A stretch of DNA of 64,000 nucleotides from Eubacteriales bacterium. Its GTDB lineage: Bacteria; Bacillota; Clostridia; Oscillospirales; CAG-382. Shown piece by piece: positions 46,181 through 56,201 of the stretch. Numbering within the stretch: the first letter of the stretch is position 1; each line of letters opens with the position of its first letter. The DNA lies in the NCBI GenBank assembly GCA_045539625.1, contig JAZQFS010000028.1:42750-106749 (forward strand). Direction: 5' to 3'. The notes beneath the pieces were generated by a model. That model ran no database searches, was not told where the DNA came from, and was given only the letters and a program-made list of their open reading frames with translations. The translations under genes were made by a program, and so were the position numbers.

Positions 46181-46561
46181 ATGGCTACAGAAAAGACACT
46201 TCAGATTCTTGAAGAAATCAAGGGTCTCACAATTCTCGAACTCGCAGATCTCGTAAAGGCACTCGAAGAAGAATTCGGCGTATCCGCAGCTCCCGTTGCA
46301 GTTGCAGGTGTTGCAGCTCCCGCAGAAGGCGGCGCAGCAGCTGAAGAAAAGACTGAATTTGACGTTGTTCTCACAGACGCAGGCGCTTCCAAGCTCGGCG
46401 TTATCAAGGTTGTTAGAGAAATCACAGGTCTCGGCCTCAAGGAAGCTAAGGACCTCGTTGAAGGCGCTCCCAAGACAGTTAAGGAAGGCGCATCCAAGGA
46501 CGAAGCTGAAAAGATCAAGGAACAGCTCGTTGCTGCAGGCGCAACTGTTGAACTTAAGTAA
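46181..46561 (+). CDS. rplL: 50S ribosomal protein L7/L12
   Basis: 126 aa; Ala-rich hinge; C-terminal [19 protein letters not shown]. Confidence 0.96.
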   Translation: MATEKTLQILEEIKGLTILELADLVKALEEEFGVSAAPVAVAGVAAPAEGGAAAEEKTEFDVVLTDAGASKLGVIKVVREITGLGLKEAKDLVEGAPKTVKEGASKDEAEKIKEQLVAAGATVELK

Positions 46562-46592
46562 TTTTGGTTTAACGATAAAAAATGCTTTTTTT

Positions 46593-46621
46593 AGAACCGT
46601 CCAAAAGGCGGTTCTTTTTTT
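46593..46621 (+). terminator. rho-independent terminator after rplL
   Basis: agaaccg...cggttct stem followed by T7. Confidence 0.8.
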
Positions 46622-46691
46622 ATTTCTTTGCATAAACAGGCAAATGCAGGTAACAATAAAGGTAAACATATTGAAAGAAAGGAAAATAACA

Positions 46692-48005
46692 ATGAAAAAC
46701 TCAATTGTGTTTGCTTTTATAAGCTTTTGTATTTGCCTTGCTCTTACGGCAGGTGCGGCAATTTCTCCTGCGGTGGATATTATTTCAGGAAAAATCGAAA
46801 TGAAAAGATGCCTGTCAAACAGCGATGTGCTGACCTTTTCGGGAGAGGAGCTTGACAACTGCTTCGGCGAAGAGGAACAGAAATTCACCGTCACTTCCTT
46901 GCCGTCGGAACAAAGCGGCGTGCTGTCCTGCGGAGCGTATGAGCTTGAAGAGGGACAGACTCTTACACGTGATTTGCTTTCTATGGTTAAGTTTGTGCCG
47001 TCACAGGAATTTGAGGGAGAGACGAGATTTTCTTTTTCGGCACAGAATGCCGCCCTCACCTGTATTGTAGATGTGTCCCAAGCTCAAAACTCAGCACCTG
47101 TAACGGCAGATGAGCTTGTTGAAACACAGAAGAATATCGCTGTGTTTTCAACCTTTGCGGCAGCAGATCCCGATAATGATAAGCTTTCCTTTGAAATTGT
47201 GAAATACCCGAAGCACGGAAGCGTCGGAATAAACGATGCAGACGGAATGTTCGTCTACAGACCTAAGAACGGCTATATCGGCGGAGACAGCTTCATATAT
47301 AAGGCGGTAGATGTTTACGGTAACGAATCAGCCGAACAGAAGGTGCAGATAAAGGTGTCAAAGCCTGCCTGCAATAAGTATTTTTCGGATATGGAAAACC
47401 ATTGGGCACACAATGCCGCTGTCAAGATGGCAGCAACAGGGCTTATGGGCGGAGAAACGTCTGATGACGGAAGTCTCCTGTTTAATCCTGACGGTGATAT
47501 GACAAGAGGCGATTTTCTTGCCCTTTCGCTTATCGTAACGGGACATGAAAAGGATATTCCCTATACCTCAAAGACCGTCTTTGCCGATAACAGTGCAATT
47601 CCTTCCAATATAAGAAGCTACGCACAGTATGCCTATGATAACGGCATAATAAACGGCTACAGTAACGGTGACGGCAGCATAAATTTTGAATCTCTCGGCT
47701 CGATAACACGTGCCGAGGCGGCGGTTATTACGGAAAAGATACTGAAGCTTGATGAAAGCACCCGACAGCTGCAGTATACCGATGCTGCGGCAATTCCTAC
47801 CTGGGCAAGCTCGGGTATCAGCCGTCTTACGGCTTGCGGTATTCTGAAGGGTGAGCCTTCGGGCCGGATAAGTCCGTCAAAGATTCTTTCAAGAGCGGAA
47901 GGTGCACAGATGATTTGCAATGCCGCACAGTATCTTGAAGACAGAGAAAAGCAGGAGAATAAAAACAAGAAGTCCATTTTCAATCTTTTCGGACTTCTCG
48001 GATAG
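46692..48005 (+). CDS. secreted SLH-domain surface protein with a cadherin/Ig-like domain
   Basis: ATG at 46692 gives a signal peptide (MKNSIVFAFISFCICLALTAGAA). Ig-like repeat (DPDNDKLSFEIVKYPKHGSV...). Three SLH repeats at the C-terminus. The ORF-track start at 46296 overlaps rplL and is rejected. Confidence 0.78.
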   Translation: MKNSIVFAFISFCICLALTAGAAISPAVDIISGKIEMKRCLSNSDVLTFSGEELDNCFGEEEQKFTVTSLPSEQSGVLSCGAYELEEGQTLTRDLLSMVKFVPSQEFEGETRFSFSAQNAALTCIVDVSQAQNSAPVTADELVETQKNIAVFSTFAAADPDNDKLSFEIVKYPKHGSVGINDADGMFVYRPKNGYIGGDSFIYKAVDVYGNESAEQKVQIKVSKPACNKYFSDMENHWAHNAAVKMAATGLMGGETSDDGSLLFNPDGDMTRGDFLALSLIVTGHEKDIPYTSKTVFADNSAIPSNIRSYAQYAYDNGIINGYSNGDGSINFESLGSITRAEAAVITEKILKLDESTRQLQYTDAAAIPTWASSGISRLTACGILKGEPSGRISPSKILSRAEGAQMICNAAQYLEDREKQENKNKKSIFNLFGLLG

Positions 48006-48011
48006 ATTTAT

Positions 48012-48066
48012 AAAAAGGGGTTGTACCGTTGCGATGTCTAAATCGTTTTGATACAACCCCGTATTT
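48012..48066. terminator. bidirectional terminator between convergent genes
   Basis: 9-bp GC-rich stem ggggttgta (48017-48025) / tacaacccc (48052-48060), flanked by an A-run and a T-rich run. Confidence 0.65.
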
Positions 48067-48074
48067 GTTGCTTT

Positions 48075-48971
48075 CTATTCTTTTGTGCTGTCCAGTGCCT
48101 TTGCAAGAGTGCAGAACTGAGCGGTTGTCAAAGCCTCGCCGCGTACCTGTTCACCCATACCCAGCGTTTCATCAATAATCTGCGAAAGACGTTCCTTTGA
48201 CAGATGAGGATACAGTCCCGAAAGGGTGTTGGCAAGTGTTTTGCGTCTCATTGAAAAGGCGTGCTTTATTATTTTTGAAGTAAGGGCAATTTCCTCTGCT
48301 GAATAAACCTTGTCCTTGTGAAGAGCAATTCTTATAACGGCGCTGTCAACCTTCGGTCTTGGATAAAAGCACCCCGATGGAACGGTAAACAGTCTTTTTG
48401 CATTGCCGTAAAGATTAATCTGTGCAGTTATTGCACCGTAGTCGGTGCCGCCTGCAGGAGTGCAAAGCCTTACCGCAACCTCTTTTTGCACCATTACGGT
48501 TATAAAATCAAAGTCGGGGTATTCTTCAAGCAGCTTCATAATAATGGGTGTTGTGATATAGTAAGGAAGATTTGCACATACCGAAACGGGAAGAATTCTG
48601 CCGTCAGCGGTTTTTCTTCTTTCATCAAGAAAAGAGACAAGGTCAATGTTCATAATGTCATTGAATACGACCTCAATATTGCTGTAGTCTTTAAGAGAAT
48701 CTCTCAGCACTCCTTCAAGACTTGTGTCGATTTCCACCGCCACCACCTTTTCAAAGCGGTCTGCAAGCTCCTTTGTGAGAATTCCTGCACCCGGACCTAT
48801 TTCAAGTATAAGACATTCTGCTTTTTTGTCAGGTACAGAGCCGTCGGAAGGAAATGAAAAGTCGGTACATTCCATGGCAATTCTTCTTGGAATTTTCACG
48901 TCCTGCAGAAAGTTCTGACCGTATTTCTTCTGAAATTTAAAATCGTGCTGCTGTAAAAGGTTTGATGACAT
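48075..48971 (-). CDS. rsmA: 16S rRNA (adenine1518/1519-N6)-dimethyltransferase
   Basis: KKYGQNFL and SAM-binding EIGPGAG motifs. ATG at 48971 follows AGGAG. Confidence 0.9.
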   Translation of the reverse strand: MSSNLLQQHDFKFQKKYGQNFLQDVKIPRRIAMECTDFSFPSDGSVPDKKAECLILEIGPGAGILTKELADRFEKVVAVEIDTSLEGVLRDSLKDYSNIEVVFNDIMNIDLVSFLDERRKTADGRILPVSVCANLPYYITTPIIMKLLEEYPDFDFITVMVQKEVAVRLCTPAGGTDYGAITAQINLYGNAKRLFTVPSGCFYPRPKVDSAVIRIALHKDKVYSAEEIALTSKIIKHAFSMRRKTLANTLSGLYPHLSKERLSQIIDETLGMGEQVRGEALTTAQFCTLAKALDSTKE

Positions 48972-48989
48972 ATTTACTCCTGAAAAAAT

Positions 48990-49012
48990 GGGATGCACAT
49001 TAAGTACATCCC
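48990..49012 (-). terminator. terminator-like hairpin between the SBP gene and rsmA
   Basis: Minus strand: gggatgtac-ttaat-gtgcatccc followed by ATTTTTT. The T-run abuts the rsmA RBS. Confidence 0.55.
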
Positions 49013-49032
49013 ATATCTTTATTTATTGTTAA

Positions 49033-50835
49033 TCAGTCTTCTTCGGGAAGGTACTTTTCAAAGTTCTTCTGCTTGAGCTCTGTGAATACGTATCTGCCGT
49101 AGAAGTCGGTTTCCATATTTGAAAGCTCGTGAGAAGCAAAGCTTGCTGTGTTGAAGAGAACGGGAATAACGGGCATATCGTTTATGATATACTGCTCTGC
49201 TTCGTGAAGAGCTGCAAGTCTGTCGGCATTGTTATCGGCGTATACTGCCTTTTCAATGATTGCATCGTACTCTTCGCTGAAGTAGCCTGTTGTATGACCG
49301 TTGTAAACAACATCTTCTGCAGAAGGACCTGTGGTAACGTCGATTACGTTGCCGCCGAACTTTGCAGAGAAAGGAAGAAGCATGCTCATTGCGTTAGGTG
49401 TTACGCACTGGTAATCAAAGATAACGATTGATGCTGCGTTAAGAGCTTCGTTGTTCTGATTAAGAGGATATACGCCCCAAACCTTGTTGTTTATGTACTT
49501 CTGAGGACGGGAAGTGATGGAAACCTTAAGTCCGATTGCTTCCCATGCAGCCTTACAAGCCTTTGCAAGTGTTTCGTCGTTAGGTCTTGTGTTGCTGTAT
49601 TCGATGGTTACGATTTTACCTGTGAGACCTGCATCCTTGAGAAGCTTCTTTGCTTCGTCAACGTTTGCAGATGATGAAATAAGGTTCTTGCCGCTCTTGC
49701 GGAAGTCGCTGCCCTTCTTGACATCTTCTACGCCGTGAGGAACAAGTCCTGTTGCGGGTGCGGATTCTATAGACATTGACTTTGCAATTGCATTTCTGTC
49801 AAGAGCAAGTGAAAGAGCACGTCTTGCATCGGCAGAAGCAAAGAGCACGTTGGTGTTGTCAAGCATAAGAGTCTGAGTTGAGATAAGCTCCTGAGTATCA
49901 ATATCCTTCTTCTTGAGTGCGCTTACTGTTTCTGTGGAAGCGGAAGAAAGGTTGAGGAAGAAGTTCTGCTTGTTCTGGTATCTTTCAAGATGCTCGTCAG
50001 CGTGCTTACCTTCTGTGTAAAGTGTGATGATTCTGTAAGGCTTTACAATCTTGTCGTCTGCATTGCCGTCACTGTCGCTGACACATCTGTAGTAAACGCT
50101 TCTTTCAAAGGAAAGCTCGCCTGTGTTCCATGCCTTGATTTTGAACTGACCGTTTGTTACGTAGCTTGCAGCACCGGGGATACACCAGTCTGCACTCTTG
50201 GAAACAACATCTTCACGAAGAGGAACAAGTGCGGGGCTGGAAAGACGGCGCATAAATTCTTCTACATTCTTCTTTATTTCCTTCTTGGAATGTTCTTCGC
50301 CTGCAAATGAAGGCTCAAAAACAATCTGAAGAGTTTTGTCTGTGATTGCATAAACGCCAAGGTCATTTACCGAGCAAAGACCTTCCTTTACCTTCTGTGC
50401 GTTAAGAATGGGGTAAAGCAGGGATGCGTTGGAATTCTTGCTTTCGGGAAGAAGAATTCTTGACCATGCATAGATGAAGTCGTCGGCGTCAACGATGATA
50501 CCGTCAGACCATCTGGAATTAACAAGGCTGATGTCCAGCTTTAAAAGATTGTCTCTGTCATCTATTTCGTATTCCCAATCCTTGGCAAGAGCCTTTTCAA
50601 GGTTGCCTTTTTCGTCCAAGGTGGTAAGACCTTCATATATAAGTCCCATAACTCTTACCGTGTCGGCAGTAGTATAGGTTGCAGCAGGGTCAAGTGATTC
50701 GGGAAGCGTTGTGATAAACGCCTGAATTTCTGCGCCCTTAATCTCCTTTTTGTCCTCATCTTCGGAAGATGAGCATCCTGCGAGTACTGTGACAAGCATC
50801 AGGCTAGCAAGAATAATCGCCAATAGTCTTTTCAT
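49033..50835 (-). CDS. ABC transporter substrate-binding lipoprotein (family 5, peptide/nickel type)
   Basis: Lipobox LAGCSS; 600 aa; OppA/DppA-like size and layout. No permease or ATPase genes adjacent. Confidence 0.8.
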   Translation of the reverse strand: MKRLLAIILASLMLVTVLAGCSSSEDEDKKEIKGAEIQAFITTLPESLDPAATYTTADTVRVMGLIYEGLTTLDEKGNLEKALAKDWEYEIDDRDNLLKLDISLVNSRWSDGIIVDADDFIYAWSRILLPESKNSNASLLYPILNAQKVKEGLCSVNDLGVYAITDKTLQIVFEPSFAGEEHSKKEIKKNVEEFMRRLSSPALVPLREDVVSKSADWCIPGAASYVTNGQFKIKAWNTGELSFERSVYYRCVSDSDGNADDKIVKPYRIITLYTEGKHADEHLERYQNKQNFFLNLSSASTETVSALKKKDIDTQELISTQTLMLDNTNVLFASADARRALSLALDRNAIAKSMSIESAPATGLVPHGVEDVKKGSDFRKSGKNLISSSANVDEAKKLLKDAGLTGKIVTIEYSNTRPNDETLAKACKAAWEAIGLKVSITSRPQKYINNKVWGVYPLNQNNEALNAASIVIFDYQCVTPNAMSMLLPFSAKFGGNVIDVTTGPSAEDVVYNGHTTGYFSEEYDAIIEKAVYADNNADRLAALHEAEQYIINDMPVIPVLFNTASFASHELSNMETDFYGRYVFTELKQKNFEKYLPEED

Positions 50836-51131
50836 AATAGTGTTTTCCTCCCATAAACTATTCCTGAACTGATGGTATAGATATACTTACCACAATTTAA
50901 TACACCATATTATAACACTAAACTTAAATATAATCAATCATATTTTTTTGAATTTTAATATTTTTCGGAATGCACAAAAAAACGATACTGTTTTTATACA
51001 ACTTATACAAATTAAAAGGGGCTTCTTCCGAAAAAAACGATGTTGAACAGTAAAAAAGGTGCATAAAACATCAATGGCTGCAATAGAATGGGAGTAAACG
51101 ACAGTAAAAAAATTAACGGAGGTTGCGTTAA

Positions 51132-52037
51132 ATGGAAAACATATATCTTCCCGAGGGAAGAATAATCGGAACAGAGGAAAATATTTATTACACATCAACG
51201 CCTGAGCTTCTGAAGGAGGCAATGGATAAAGAGCTGATACTTGAAGCATCAGCGGTAAAATGCGATACCGACAGAAATCTGTATGTTGACCTTGGCTTTT
51301 GCAGGGCGCTAATTCCGAAGGAGGAGGCGGTTTACAGTGCGTCGGGAGAGCCTGTGAAGGACATTGCTGTCATCACAAGAGTGGGAAAGCCCGTCTGCTT
51401 CAAGGTTGTAAAAATAGAAAATGACGGCGGAAAATGGAAAGTGATGCTGTCAAGACGCCTTGCTCAGAAGGAGTGCTGTGAAAAGCTGATAACGGTGCTT
51501 GAAACAGGTGACGTTACTGATGCAACCGTCACCCATATGGAGCAGTTCGGTGCTTTCTGCGACATTGGCTGCGGCGTTATAGCACTGCTTCCCGTAGATT
51601 GTATCTCCGTCTCGCGAATAAGTCACCCGAAGGACAGATTTACGGCAGGTCAGCAGATAAAAGCCGTAATAAAGAATATAGACTATTCCATATACAGAGT
51701 TACGCTGTCCCATAAGGAGCTTCTGGGTACGTGGGAAGAAAACGCAAGTCTTTTTCATGCGGGCGAAACGGTGTCGGGTATAATCAGAAGCGTTGAGCCA
51801 TACGGCGTGTTTGTGGAGCTTACGCCAAATCTTGCAGGGCTTGCCGAATGGAGCGACAATGTAAATCCCGGTGAGAAGGCGGCGGTGTACATAAAGAGCA
51901 TAATACCTGAAAAGAACAAGGTGAAGCTTGTCATAGTGGACTCGGGCGGATGTGCCGACACACCCGGCGAGCTTTACTATTTTACCACAAGCACAAATGT
52001 TGCGGGTTGGTCGTATTTTTACACACAGGGAGAATAA
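51132..52037 (+). CDS. S1 RNA-binding domain protein (three S1-like repeats)
   Basis: GDVTDATVTHMEQFGAFCDIG and GETVSGIIRSVEPYGVFVELT are S1 motifs. Confidence 0.72.
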   Translation: MENIYLPEGRIIGTEENIYYTSTPELLKEAMDKELILEASAVKCDTDRNLYVDLGFCRALIPKEEAVYSASGEPVKDIAVITRVGKPVCFKVVKIENDGGKWKVMLSRRLAQKECCEKLITVLETGDVTDATVTHMEQFGAFCDIGCGVIALLPVDCISVSRISHPKDRFTAGQQIKAVIKNIDYSIYRVTLSHKELLGTWEENASLFHAGETVSGIIRSVEPYGVFVELTPNLAGLAEWSDNVNPGEKAAVYIKSIIPEKNKVKLVIVDSGGCADTPGELYYFTTSTNVAGWSYFYTQGE

Positions 52038-52274
52038 TGAGGGAGTCTGCTTTCACTCTTGACGGGTGAGGCAGCTTCTTTTTTTATGGTCGCCGACACG
52101 CCGACAGGCACTGTACAAAATGCCGTAAAAAAGGCGGCAAAACGGCAGGAATTCCCATGCTTGTTCTCACAATATTAATATATGTAAGATTTGTAAATTT
52201 TGATGAAAAAGTGTGACTATACTCGGAATAAAAGGTAAATATTGTAAATAAAAACTTTTTGCTCAAAAAAATGC

Positions 52275-52303
52275 TTGACAAACGACAAAAAAGCGATTAA
52301 AAT
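52275..52303 (+). promoter_or_regulatory. sigma-A promoter upstream of rpoB
   Basis: TTGACA (52275-52280), 17-nt spacer, TAAAAT (52298-52303). Confidence 0.6.
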
Positions 52304-52403
52304 TGTATACTGCATTATAATCGAGTAGTAGTCTGCCCTTCAAGGCTCATTTCTACCCGAAAATCAAAAAAACGACCGAGAATGAATGGAGTGATAGCAT
52401 ACC

Positions 52404-55400
52404 ATGGTGAAACCAACGAAACTCGGCAACAACATCAGGTACAGCTTCTCAAAAATCAATGAAAAGCTGGAAATGCCAAACCTTATCGAAGTACAGAAGG
52501 AGTCATATGAATGGTTCCTCGGCGAGGGTATGAAGGAAGTCCTTGAGGATGTTTCTCCCCTTGTTGACTACACAGGCAATCTGTTTATCGAATTTGTGGA
52601 TTATTCGATAGATAAGACACCTAAGTATTCTGTTGAAGAATGTAAGGAACGTGACGTAAACTATGCGGCACACCTTAAAGTAACAGTAAGACTTTCCAAC
52701 AAGGAAACGGGTGAAGTAAAGGAATCCGAAGTGTTTATGGGAGATTTCCCTCTTATGACAGAACAGGGTACCTTTGTTATCAACGGTGCGGAACGAGTTG
52801 TCGTTTCGCAGATTGTACGTTCTCCCGGTATCTATTATGAAGCAATTGACGACAAGTCCGGTAAAAAGCTTCACGCTGCAACAGTTATTCCCTACAGAGG
52901 AGCATGGCTGGAATATGAAACGGATGCCAACGATATTTTCTATGTTCGTATAGACAAGAACAGAAAGCTTCCCGTAACAGTATTCCTCAGAGCCCTCGGT
53001 CTTTCCTCCGATGCCGACCTTAAGGCAATGTTCGGCGAGGACGAAAAGCTTAACGCTACAATGTCCAAGGATCTTATGGAAAGCGAAGCGGTAAAAAAGG
53101 GAACAAGCGCTATGGACGAGTCCCTCAAGGAAATTTACAGAAAGCTGCGTCCCGGCGATCCTGCCATCGTTGAAAGTGCTCTTACGCTTATCAATAACCT
53201 TTTCTTTGATGCAAAGAGATATGATATTTCTGCGGTAGGACGTTATAAGTTCAATAAGAAGCTTGCCCTGGGCAGAAGAATTGCAGGCTTCCGTCTTGCA
53301 CGCCCTGTATGCTCTCCCTTTACAGGCGAAATTCTCTTTGATGAAGGCACTCTTCTTACAAAAGCCGATGCCGAAAAGATTGAAAACGCAGGCGTAACAG
53401 AAGTATTCCTTCTTACACAGGATACGGAAAACCCCACCGAATTCAAGGTATTTACCAACAAGATGGTAGATATGGAAAAGCTGGGCGTTATCCCTGCAGG
53501 ATATGACCTTTCTTCCTTAAAGGTTGAGGAAAAGGTTAATGTTGAGGTTCTTGCTGAAATTCTTAACTCCACATCCACAGAGGAAGAATTTATTGCAGCA
53601 TTCAACGAAAAGAGACTTCTTCTCATTCCCAAGCACATCACACGTGAAGATATATATGCTTCCGTTAACTATATGCTTTGTCTGTCCCATGCATGCGGCA
53701 ATGTGGACGACATTGACCATCTCGGCAACAGAAGACTTCGCTCTGTGGGCGAGCTTCTTCAGAACCAGATGAGAATCGGTTTCACCCGTATGGAAAAGCT
53801 TGTTAAAGAAAGAATGACCATGCAGGATTCCGAAAACCTCACTCCTCAGAGCCTTATCAATATAAGACCTATCGTTTCTGCAATCAAGGAATTCTTCGGT
53901 TCATCTCCCCTTTCGCAGTTTATGGACCAGTCCAACCCTCTTGCAGAGCTTACACATAAGAGAAGACTTTCGGCTCTCGGTCCCGGCGGTCTGTCTCGTG
54001 ACAGAGCATCCTTCGAAGTTCGAGACGTTCACTACACACATTACGGCCGTATGTGTCCTATCGAAACCCCTGAAGGTCCTAACATCGGTCTTATCTCCTA
54101 TCTTTCAACCTACGCTAAGATTAACAAGTTCGGCTTTATTGAAGCTCCTTACCGCAGGGTTGACAAGGAAACAGGCGTTGTTACCGATGAAGTAGTATAT
54201 ATGACAGCCGACGTTGAAGACCAGTTCATCGTAGCTCAGGCTAACGAACCTCTCAACGAAGACGGAACATTTAAGAATAACAGAGTTACCGTTCGTATCA
54301 GAGAAGAAATCACCGAAGTTGAAAAAGAACGTGTTGACTACATGGACGTATCGCCTAAGATGGTGGTATCCGTAGCAACAGCGATGATTCCCTTCCTTGA
54401 AAACGATGACAACTCCCGTGCACTCATGGGTTCAAACATGCAGAAGCAGGCAGTGCCTCTTATGATGACTGACAGCCCTATCGTAGGTACGGGTATGGAA
54501 TACAAGGCGGCTGTTGACTCAGGCGTTGTTGTATGTGCCAAGGAAGCCGGCGTTGTTGAAAAGGCAAGCGGCGACACAATCGTTATCCGTGAAGAAGACG
54601 GTAACAGAAGAAACTACCACCTCATTAAGTTTAAGAGAAGTAACCAGGGTACCTGCGTAAACCAGAGACCTATCGTATTCAAGGGTGAAACCGTAACAAA
54701 GGGACAGGTTATTGCCGACGGTCCTGCAACAAGCAACGGTGAAATCTCCCTCGGTAAGAACGCTCTCATAGGCTTTATGACATGGGAAGGTTACAACTAC
54801 GAGGACGCCGTTCTGCTTAACGAAAGACTTGTAAGAAACGACGTTTATACATCCATTCATATTGAAGAGTATTCACACGAAGCAAGAGATACAAAGCTTG
54901 GTCCGGAAGAAATCACAAGAGATATTCCCAACGTTGGTGACGATGCACTTAAGAACCTTACCGCAGGCGGTATCGTTTGCATAGGTGCTGAGGTTCACGC
55001 AGGTGATATCCTTGTAGGTAAGGTAACACCCAAGGGTGAAACCGAGCTTACCGCAGAAGAAAGACTGCTGCGTGCAATCTTCGGCGAAAAGGCAAGAGAA
55101 GTAAGAGATACTTCCCTCAGACTTCCCCACGGCGAAAGCGGTATTGTTGTTGATATTCGTGAGTTTTCAAGAGAAAACCTTGACGAGCTTCCTCCCGGAG
55201 TTAACAAGGTTGTAAGAGTATACATCGCACAGAAGAGAAAAATCTCTGTCGGTGACAAGATGGCGGGCCGTCACGGTAACAAGGGTGTCGTTTCACGTAT
55301 CCTTCCTCCCGAAGATATGCCCTTCCTTGAAGACGGTACTCCTCTTGATATCGTGCTTAACCCTCTGGGCGTACCTTCCCGAATGAATATCGGACAGGTG

Positions 55401-56159
55401 CTTGAAGTGCACCTCGGTATTGCCGCAAAGAAGCTTGGCATGAAGATTATGACTCCCGTATTTGACGGTGCCAACGAACAGGACATCGCCGAATGCCTCG
55501 AAAAGGCAGGTATGCGTCCCGACGGTAAGAGCATTCTTTACGACGGACGTACAGGTGAGCCCTTCGATAACCCCGTAACGGTTGGTATTATGTACTACCT
55601 CAAGCTGCATCACCTTGTTGATGACAAGATTCATGCACGTTCAACAGGTCCTTACTCACTGGTTACTCAGCAGCCTTTGGGCGGTAAAGCTCAGTTCGGC
55701 GGCCAGAGATTCGGTGAAATGGAAGTTTGGGCACTTGAAGCCTACGGCGCAGCTTATACACTTCAGGAAATCCTTACCGTTAAGTCTGACGACGTTATCG
55801 GTCGTGTAAAGGCTTACGAAGCAATCATAAAGGGACAGAACATTCCTACTCCCGGTGTTCCCGAATCCTTCAAGGTTCTTATCCGCGAGCTTCAGTCACT
55901 TGCACTTGACGTAAGAGTGCTTGACGATGAGGGCAATGAAATTGTTCTTAAGGACAGCAGTGCAGAAGAGCTTGAAAACGTAAGAAACGTAGTGGTTGAC
56001 GACATCGGCGAAAGCGTTAATGACGGCAAGGGCTTTGACGGCTTCTATATGGAAGACGAAAACGGCGATGCCATTGAGGAAGAGTCTGACTCATATGATG
56101 ATGACTTCGACAGCGATGCCGATTTCTACAGTGAAAACGATCCCGACAATATCGGCTGA
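52404..56159 (+). CDS. rpoB: DNA-directed RNA polymerase subunit beta
   Basis: 1251 aa with conserved beta-subunit blocks throughout. About 80 aa of acidic C-terminal extension. Confidence 0.98.
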   Translation: MVKPTKLGNNIRYSFSKINEKLEMPNLIEVQKESYEWFLGEGMKEVLEDVSPLVDYTGNLFIEFVDYSIDKTPKYSVEECKERDVNYAAHLKVTVRLSNKETGEVKESEVFMGDFPLMTEQGTFVINGAERVVVSQIVRSPGIYYEAIDDKSGKKLHAATVIPYRGAWLEYETDANDIFYVRIDKNRKLPVTVFLRALGLSSDADLKAMFGEDEKLNATMSKDLMESEAVKKGTSAMDESLKEIYRKLRPGDPAIVESALTLINNLFFDAKRYDISAVGRYKFNKKLALGRRIAGFRLARPVCSPFTGEILFDEGTLLTKADAEKIENAGVTEVFLLTQDTENPTEFKVFTNKMVDMEKLGVIPAGYDLSSLKVEEKVNVEVLAEILNSTSTEEEFIAAFNEKRLLLIPKHITREDIYASVNYMLCLSHACGNVDDIDHLGNRRLRSVGELLQNQMRIGFTRMEKLVKERMTMQDSENLTPQSLINIRPIVSAIKEFFGSSPLSQFMDQSNPLAELTHKRRLSALGPGGLSRDRASFEVRDVHYTHYGRMCPIETPEGPNIGLISYLSTYAKINKFGFIEAPYRRVDKETGVVTDEVVYMTADVEDQFIVAQANEPLNEDGTFKNNRVTVRIREEITEVEKERVDYMDVSPKMVVSVATAMIPFLENDDNSRALMGSNMQKQAVPLMMTDSPIVGTGMEYKAAVDSGVVVCAKEAGVVEKASGDTIVIREEDGNRRNYHLIKFKRSNQGTCVNQRPIVFKGETVTKGQVIADGPATSNGEISLGKNALIGFMTWEGYNYEDAVLLNERLVRNDVYTSIHIEEYSHEARDTKLGPEEITRDIPNVGDDALKNLTAGGIVCIGAEVHAGDILVGKVTPKGETELTAEERLLRAIFGEKAREVRDTSLRLPHGESGIVVDIREFSRENLDELPPGVNKVVRVYIAQKRKISVGDKMAGRHGNKGVVSRILPPEDMPFLEDGTPLDIVLNPLGVPSRMNIGQVLEVHLGIAAKKLGMKIMTPVFDGANEQDIAECLEKAGMRPDGKSILYDGRTGEPFDNPVTVGIMYYLKLHHLVDDKIHARSTGPYSLVTQQPLGGKAQFGGQRFGEMEVWALEAYGAAYTLQEILTVKSDDVIGRVKAYEAIIKGQNIPTPGVPESFKVLIRELQSLALDVRVLDDEGNEIVLKDSSAEELENVRNVVVDDIGESVNDGKGFDGFYMEDENGDAIEEESDSYDDDFDSDADFYSENDPDNIG

Positions 56160-56201
56160 TAAAGCTCAGAATAACGACGAAAAGGAGCGAAAGAAAAGCT
56201 A

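Noticed and set aside
46121-47059. 312-aa minus-strand ORF spanning rplL and the 5' end of the SLH gene
   Set aside because: It is antisense to two strongly supported genes, its composition is low-complexity and rich in Ser, Cys and Phe, and it has no RBS. It is an artefact of codon bias on the opposite strand.
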